Positions 19,266-27,500 of a stretch of 64,000 nucleotides of DNA are shown here, piece after piece. The notes below the pieces were generated by a model. That model was not told where the DNA came from. It ran no database searches and saw only the letters and a program-made list of their open reading frames with translations. The stretch is taken from positions 46,840 through 110,839 of the forward strand of contig JANRJJ010000026.1 of NCBI GenBank assembly GCA_033764035.1. Direction: 5' to 3'. The stretch comes from a bacterium. Its GTDB lineage: Bacteria > Chloroflexota > Anaerolineae > Aggregatilineales > Phototrophicaceae. Position 1 is the stretch's first letter; every line of letters begins with the position of its first letter. The position numbers and the translations under genes are program-made.

Positions 19266-21557
19266 ATGTTGACATCGTCCCGCCGCTTAAGCGCGCTCAA
19301 CCCCCTGTCGTACCCCATCTGGCTGAAGCTGACGCTGGGGTTCGCACTGGTGGTGGTGCTGGTGATCCTGCCCGCGCTGTTCCTGCTCAGTTCGGGTGTG
19401 GAGGCCATCGCCTTACAGAATGCGCGCTCGTTCCTTTCCGAAAATGGCACCCGCCAACTGAGCAGCGTTGCCAGTTCGTTTGAACGGGCGCGCGCCAACC
19501 TGGATCGGTTCGTGGAAACGCCCTTCAACAACCGCCAGTTGGTCGGTGCGCTGTTGGGCAATGCCGCCGAACGGTCGGATATTGGGCTGGTCGATGTGAA
19601 CCCGGCGGATACCGCCGCCCTGATGGAATCGATCCTGCTCAACCCGGCGACATCGCTGTACGACAACGTGCGCCTGCTCGACCGCGATGGGCAGGTCGTC
19701 GCGCTGGCCGGGCTGGCCCCGTTGGGCGTATCGCTGATCGATCAATCGCAGACGGCGGCCTACCAGGTCGCGGCGGGCGATACCACCGGCGAAACCAGCC
19801 TGCTGGTGATTTCGCAGCGCGGGTTTCCGGTGCTGGAATTCGTCCACAAAATTTACTGGCGCGATAATTCGGTGATCGGTTACATGGTCACCCAGTTGAG
19901 CAATGCCCGCGCCGTGTATGCGAATCTGCGGTTTCGCTTTCCCAACGATGAACCCTTTGAAGCCTATGCTTTCCTGATCGACGAACAGGCGGTACAGCTC
20001 ACCCCGGTGGAAAACCGCGAACAGGCCGCCAACAGCCTCGCATCGGAAGGGGTGCGGCGGGCGCTGGATGGTCAGAGCGGGTTGGAGGTCTACAGCCCGG
20101 CGGGCAGCGAAAACAACCCGAACGCAGAGGTGATCGGCTATTTCGCACCCGTGCCGGGGACGACGCTGGCGCTGGTGTCGGAACTTTCGCTCGACAGCGT
20201 GCGCCAGGACGTGCTGTCATTTCTGCCGCTGCGCGGCGCGGTGGTGGCCATTGGCTGGGTCGGCATGGTCATCGTGCTGGGCATCCTGTTCAATCAACTG
20301 TTCGCGCCGCCGCTGGCCCGGCTGCGCCGCGCCGCCCTGGGGATGATTGGCGGGGATTATGAAACGCCGCTGCCGGATGTGCGGCGCGGCGATGAATTCG
20401 GGGAAGCGGCCAGCGCGTTCGTGCAGATGCGTTCGCGCATGAAAACGATGGTCGATGAACTGGAATCGCGGGTTGCGCTGCGCACCCGCGATATTGAAGC
20501 CACCCAGGAAATCAGCCGCTACGCCGCCACCCAGCGCGATGCAAACGCGCTGATGCGCGACGTGGTGAACCTGATCGTGCAGCGCTTTCCGGCGATTTAC
20601 CACGCCCAGATTTTCCTGATCGACGCGGACAGGCAGTACGCCGTCGTGCGCGCCAGCACGGGCGAAGTGGGGCGGCAGCTTCTGGAACGTGGGCATCGCC
20701 TGGGCGTGGGCAGCGTGAGCGTGATCGGCCAGGTGACGGATCAGGGTCGCTATATCCTGGCGAAAGATGCCGCCGTCAGCCAGGTACACCGCCGTAACGA
20801 ATTTCTGCCCGATACGCGGTCGGAACTGGCGATTCCGCTGCGCGTGGGCGAAACGATCATCGGGGCGCTGGACGTGCAGTCGAAGCAGTCCGACGCATTC
20901 CCCGACGACATGATCCGCGTGCTGGAAACGATGGCCGACAACATCGCCATCGCCATCGAAAACGCCCGCCTGTATGAAGAATCGGTGCGGCGTGTGCGCG
21001 AAATTGAGGATACCAACCGCGAAGCCACCCGGCGCGCCTGGCAGGATTATCTGCGTGACCAGCGCGTGTTAAGTTTGAGCCGTGAAGCGGGCGTGCCGCT
21101 CACCCAGGACGATACGATCTCCGAACTGCGCCGCCGGGCGCTGGCGACGGGCGAAATTGCCGTCGGTGACCAGACAGGACGGAATACCTACCCGGTCGCG
21201 GTGCCAATTCAACTGCGCGGGCAGACGCTTGGCGCGGTAGAATGGGAGCTGCCCGCGGGCGATTTCAGCCGCGAAAAGCTCGAACTCGCCCGCGAACTGG
21301 CCAACCGTCTCGCGCTCAGCCTGGATAACACCCGGCTGTTCCAGGAAAGCCGCCGTGCGACCGAACGCGAACGGCTGGTCAACACGATTGCGGCGCGGCT
21401 GACGGCGCAGACCAGTATCGATCAGATTTTGCAGACGGCTGTCCGCGAAGTGGGTCAGGCGCTGCGTGCGCCGCAGGTGACGATCCGGCTGAAGGGCAGC
21501 GAGTCGGCGGCAGGGCTGAACCAACCTGCATCGCCATTACCGAATGATCACGAGTAG
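19266..21557 (+). CDS. Cache-like/HAMP/GAF membrane sensor without kinase domain
   Basis: TM, extracytoplasmic domain, TM, HAMP (PLARLRRAA..RGDEFGEAA), GAF with ASTGE, reduced GAF. Confidence 0.82.
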   Translation: MLTSSRRLSALNPLSYPIWLKLTLGFALVVVLVILPALFLLSSGVEAIALQNARSFLSENGTRQLSSVASSFERARANLDRFVETPFNNRQLVGALLGNAAERSDIGLVDVNPADTAALMESILLNPATSLYDNVRLLDRDGQVVALAGLAPLGVSLIDQSQTAAYQVAAGDTTGETSLLVISQRGFPVLEFVHKIYWRDNSVIGYMVTQLSNARAVYANLRFRFPNDEPFEAYAFLIDEQAVQLTPVENREQAANSLASEGVRRALDGQSGLEVYSPAGSENNPNAEVIGYFAPVPGTTLALVSELSLDSVRQDVLSFLPLRGAVVAIGWVGMVIVLGILFNQLFAPPLARLRRAALGMIGGDYETPLPDVRRGDEFGEAASAFVQMRSRMKTMVDELESRVALRTRDIEATQEISRYAATQRDANALMRDVVNLIVQRFPAIYHAQIFLIDADRQYAVVRASTGEVGRQLLERGHRLGVGSVSVIGQVTDQGRYILAKDAAVSQVHRRNEFLPDTRSELAIPLRVGETIIGALDVQSKQSDAFPDDMIRVLETMADNIAIAIENARLYEESVRRVREIEDTNREATRRAWQDYLRDQRVLSLSREAGVPLTQDDTISELRRRALATGEIAVGDQTGRNTYPVAVPIQLRGQTLGAVEWELPAGDFSREKLELARELANRLALSLDNTRLFQESRRATERERLVNTIAARLTAQTSIDQILQTAVREVGQALRAPQVTIRLKGSESAAGLNQPASPLPNDHE

Positions 21558-21575
21558 TGTAGGGGAACGACGGAC

Positions 21576-24500
21576 ATGTCGATGAGCAGCTCACCCGAAA
21601 CCCGGCGCAGAACGGCATCGGTTCGCACCCGCATCATGCGCCCGATTGCGTTCGTCGTCCTGGGCATCTTCCTGATCCTGGGGTTGTCCGGGCTGTTCGG
21701 CATTCAGGCTTCATCCCGTGCGATTATTCGCGGCGCGCATCTTACCGATATTACCCTGCTGCGCGAACAACTGAACGATGCGCTGAGCGATGTCACCACC
21801 GATGTCCGCGCCGCCGCCAATGACCCGGTGACGCGCCGTTTCGCCACGACATCGCTGGCGAGCGTGGTCGGTGAAGATGTCAACCTGGCCCAGGCAGCGC
21901 TGGCCGAACGCCTGGAAGCGCTGGTCAACGATCATCTGGATACTTACCTGGCCGTGCGCTATGTCACCTTCACCGGGGCAATCTGGACGGAAGTCACCAA
22001 CGCCGGCGGGATCACCCGTGCGGCTACGCGCATCCGCCCGAACGAACTGAACGACGACCCCACGCTCGTCACCGCGTTGGGCGGCACCAGCGGCGACGTG
22101 ATTGCCAGCGATGTCGATTTCCGCGTGAACAACGATGCGCCCGCTTCGACCCGGTTGATCCCGTTCGTGCGCTTCGCATCGCCCGTGTTCACCGAAACCA
22201 GCACGACCGACATTGCCGGGGTGATCCAGATCGATTTCGCCATCCCCCAGGTGATCAGCCAGATCAACGCGACGGGCGCGGCGGTCATCGCCGCCCAGGA
22301 AGGCCGCCGCCTGCTGGTGGTCGATGATGAAGGCCGCATCCTGGCCGACAGCGGCCAGCCGAACACGAACTTTCTGCGCAACATCGCCAATCGCGTCCCG
22401 GTGGTGTTCGACCAGGCGTACCCGGTGCTGGCTGCGGCGGTCGAAAACATCGAAACGGTCGATCTGGCCGAATCCGACGATCTGATCTACACGGTCGATC
22501 AGCTCGATTTTTCCAGCGGCGCACAGCGCTTCTGGCGGCTGATCCTGGTCGATGAACGCGGGACTGCCGCCGCCTACCAGGTTTACCTGGGGTTGGGCGT
22601 GCTGGTGCTGTTCATCGGTTTCGGCGGGGTGGTGGCCGTGCTGATTGACAGCGTGGTGTCGCGCAATCTGCGCCCGCTGCGCGATGTGGCCGACCTGACG
22701 CAGACGATAGGCCGCAGCTATACCGACAGCCGTGAGCCGCTGGAGACGGGCGACGAGTTCGGCCAGTTGATCGAAGCGTTCGAATCGATGGCTTCCGAAC
22801 AATTCCGGCTGCGCGACGAACTCGAAGCGCAGCGCGGACGCTTCACCCGCAACCTGGATATTGCCGCACGCATCGGGCGCGAAACGCTGAGCCTGCGCGA
22901 AGGCGATACGCTGATCAACCGGGCGATCAACCTGATCTGCGACGAGTTCGGCTACTACCACGCTCAGTTGTTCCGCATCGACGATGCCGGGCTGAACGCG
23001 GTGCTGGTGGTCAGCCGGGGCGTGATTGGCCAGGAACTGCTGGCGCGGGGCTACCGCGTACCGATCAACGATGCGTCGGTGATCGGCACGGTCGCCGCGC
23101 ACGGCCAGCCGATCCTGATTCCCGATGCCACGCTGAAGGCGGGCGACCAGGCCGATGAAGCCGAAGGGCTGCTGGCCGAAACGCGGTCGCAGATGGCCGT
23201 CCCGCTGCTGAGCGGCGGTGAAGTCATCGGCGTGCTGGATGTGCAAAGCCAGAACGTGAACGACTTCCGCGAAGAAGATTTGCGTATGGTGCAAATCCTG
23301 GCGGATCAGATTGCGGTGGCGCTGGAAAATGCCCGCCTGCTGAAAGAGACGAGCGAACGCCTGACCGAGATCGATTCGCTCAACCGCCAGCTTTCGAGCG
23401 GGCAGCAGCAGGCGGAGACTCTGAATACACAAATCGACAGTGTGTACCGTTACGACCTGCTCACGGTGAAGCGCGGCGGCGATACCGGGCCGCTCTCGTC
23501 CGACCAGCCGAGCATGACCATCCCGATCAGCATTCGTGGTGAGGTGATCGGTGCGCTGGAGGCCGCCGCGCCCCAGGGAATCGATTTCACTGCGGGCGAT
23601 GAGGCGATCATGCGCGCCGTCGCGGACCGCGTGGGTATTGCGCTGGAAAATGCACGCCTGTTTGAATTGCAGCAGTCCAGCCTTCAGGAAACTTCCCGGC
23701 TGTACGAACTGGTACGGGCGCTGAATGAAGCCAACAGCCTGGAAGATGTGCTGCATTCCATCGTGATGTCGGTCATCCCGGATGCGGTCAGCGTGCAGAT
23801 CGGCGTGTTCGACGAATATGCCGACTCGACTGGCCCACTGTGGATGGAAATTCTGGCCGAATGGACGAGCCAGCAGGAAACGCAGCGCGATGTGCGCATG
23901 ATGGGCATTCAATTACATGTGCCGGATCATCCGCTGCTGGCAGCCATGCAGCCCAACCAGATCACGCTGGTGAACGATACCGAACGCGATACGCGCCTGG
24001 ACGACGTGTTACGGGCGATCATCGCCACGACGGGCGGACGGTCGATGGTGCTGATCCCGGTCACGGTGCGCGGCACCTGGCGCGGGGTGATGATGGCGCA
24101 CTTCCCAGAACCCCGCACGTTCGGCCTGGAAGAAGGCCGCGTGTACAACGCACTGATCGACCAGGCGGGGGTCGTGATCGACAACCGTATGCTGCTGCGC
24201 AGCAACGAGATCACCCTCAAGCAGGTGGAGCGGTTGTACTCCGCCAGCCGTGCCATCAATATGGCGCAGACCGCGCAAGACCTGGTGCGGGCGGCAGTGG
24301 GCGGCAACGACAACCTGTACCGCGATTATGAACTGGTGATGTTTGAAGGCGACATCGATGCGAGCGGCTGGCCGACGCGCATTCGGCTGGCGGCGTATTC
24401 CGAAGGCACCGACGTTCAGGCCAGCAGCGATGTCTACGATGTGGTGATCGCCACCGATTCGCCGCTGCGCTACCGCGAACCGCAGATCATCACGCCCCAG

Positions 24501-27500
24501 GGCGAAATCGATGACGACGATACGCCGCACGCCAACAACCTGACCCAATATGTGCGGCAGCGCGGCAACCGCTTCGCCGCCGTGTTCCCGCTGTTCAGCG
24601 CCAACCAGCCGATTGCGCTGTTCCTGGTGACGAGCAAAGAAGCACGTGAAGAAATTTCATCGGAAGACTTTGACGTGTACCGCGCCCTGACCGGGCAGAT
24701 GAGTACGGTACTGCAAAACCGCCGCCTGCTCGACCAAACCGCCGCGTCGCTCGATGAAACGCGCCGCCTGTACGCCGCCAGCCGCGCCATTGCCACCGCG
24801 CCGGATAAAGAGACGGTGTACGAAATCGCGGCCCGTTATTTGAACATGACCAACGCCGCGCAAACCAGGCTTTCGGTGCTGCTTACCCCATCGCAAAGCG
24901 CAGATGCGCCGTTCGTCGAATATACACACCTGTTCACACGCGGCACGGCGTACACGTCCGATATTGATGTGGGGACGCGCATCCCGTCATCGCTCGTGCC
25001 GTTCGGGGAGCTGACGCGGCAGGCGCGTACCCAGGCGTTCAACCGCTCCAGTGAACTGGCCGTGCAGCCTGCCCTTCACGCGCTGATGCAGCGCAGCGGC
25101 AGCCTGAGCGCGGCGATCATCTCGATCCAGTCGCGTCAGCGCTGGTTCGGCGTGATCTTCTGCGAAAGCGATAAACCTGCCGCCTTCGACGATGCGTATC
25201 TGCGTTTTGCTCAGGCCGTTGGTGACCAGGTGGCGATTGCGGTCGAATCGCTCAGCCTGTTCAGCGAAGCCCAGCAGCAGGCGCAGCGTGCGCTCGCGCT
25301 GGCGGAAGCGGGACAGCTTGCCAACCAGATCGGCGCGCAGTTCGAGAAAAGCATCGGTGAAGTATTCCGCCGCGTGGCCGAACCCGCCGCCTATGACCGC
25401 TGGATACTGATGCTCCATTCGCCTGGTCAGCACGGGCTGCGCCGCGTGGCCGAATACAACGTCGATACCGGGCTGATCGACAGCGATGCGCCCGGTTCGC
25501 TCATGCCGCTCAACGTGGTGGGCGTGCCGCTGCTCGATGCCTTCCGCCTGGGACGGACGCTGCTGGTCAACGACCCGTCCAGCTACCCGAACTTCCCGCG
25601 CAACTATGCCGGGCTGGACGATTTTGGCGATTACATCGGCAAGCATGTCGCCGTCCCGGTGTTCAGCGGCAGCCAGACCATCGGCGCGCTGGCGGTTGGG
25701 CGGCGGCTGGACGCGCTCGACCTGGACGAGAGTGACGAACAGCTTGCGCGCACGCTGGCCGCCCAGGTCGGCATCGCGGTCGAAAACCGCCGCCTGTTCG
25801 TGGAAGCGGAAAGCGAACGTTCCAATCTGCGCTCGATTCTGGAAACGCTGCCAGCGGGCGTGCTGGTGCTGGATGCCCGCACCTTCACCCCGGTGCAGTT
25901 CAATCAGCAGGCGGTCGAACTCTTGGGCAGGTCGATCAGCATCAGCAGGCCGTTCGATATTGGCGAATACAACGTATACCGCGCCAGCAGCCGCCAGCCG
26001 TTCGCCAACGACGAACTGCCAATCTTTGAATCGGCGCGCAGCGGCAGGCTGGCCAGCAGCGACGATGTGATGGTCATGCTGGAAGATGGCAGCGCCAATT
26101 ACCTGCTCGTCAACGCCGCGCCCATCGTCGATGCCGGGGGTTCCACGACCGCCATCGCCGCCGCTTTCCAGGATATTTCGCGGCTGCGCGGTTTGGAAAC
26201 CACGCTGCAAGAGACGCTGAATGAAACGATGGCGCTGTACGATACCACCCGCGCCCTGGCTGCCGGCACGACGCTGGAAGCGCTGCTCGACCAGATCATC
26301 AACCGGCTGGGGACGCTGCAACCCGCGCCCGATAATGCCTTCGTGCTGCTGCTGGAACCGGAAGGGCTGCGCGTCGCCCGCGCCCTGACCACCCCCACCG
26401 ATGGCTACAGCCTGCCGGACGAACTGCTCACCCCGGACGTGACCATGTTCATCCCAGATGTGGCGGACGATCTTTCGCTCGATGATGCGGTGCGGCTGGC
26501 GCTGCTCAAACAGAACATCCGCGCCGTCGCCAGCCTGCCCATGCTCACTCGTTCCCGCGCCCAGGCTCCGCTGGGGTGGCTGGTGGTGGTGTACCAGCAA
26601 GCACAGGAATCGCTGATCGAACGGGCGGGCTTTCTGGGCAACCTGGCCGATAACGCCGCTGTCGCCATCGACAACCGCAACCTGTTCCGCGATACCCAGG
26701 CCGCTTTGCAGGAGGCCAACAACCTGTACCGCGCCACCACCACCATCAGCCGTGTGAGCGGGACGGAACAACTGAGCGAAGCGCTGCGCAGCACGATTGA
26801 ATCGCTGAAGCCGGATGTGATGGCCGCGTACCTGTTCGTGGACGAACAGGGATCGCCATTCGTGACCGAACTGTTCAACGAAAACCAGGATGGCGCGCCG
26901 CTCGATTTCGCCATGCTGATCGAACGGCACGGCCTGGGGCAGGTCAATGCGCTGTTCATCAACGATCTGCGGGCGATCACCGACCCCAACCCGTTGGAAA
27001 TGGCCTTGCAGTCCGTCGGCACGATCCGCGCCCTGGGGCTGATCCAGATGCGTTCCAAGACCCTCCCCGCTGGCTGCCTGATCGTCGGGTATCACCGCCC
27101 GCGTACCTTCGATGAAAGCATTGCCCGGTATCTCAGCGCGATCAGCGACAGCGCATCGGTCATCATCGACAACATTCTGCTGTTCGGGCAAATTCAGAAC
27201 ACGCTGGAAGAAACCAGCACGCTCTACCAGGCCAGCCGCGCCCTTTCGGATGCGGCCAACCCGGTCGATATTCTCGATGTGGTGACGGCGCATCTGCACA
27301 GCCACACCCGCACGATCAGCACGGCATTCGTGGCGATGCTGGTCACGCGCAGTTGGGAAAGCCCGAACGCGATGGTGCGCGTAGCGGCAAGCTGGCGCAA
27401 CCCCGCCGAAGCCGATGAAATCGTTGACCTGGCCGGGATCACGCTTACGGAAGAACAGTTCCCCGCGTGGAAACTGCTGGCCGTGAACGATGTGTACACG

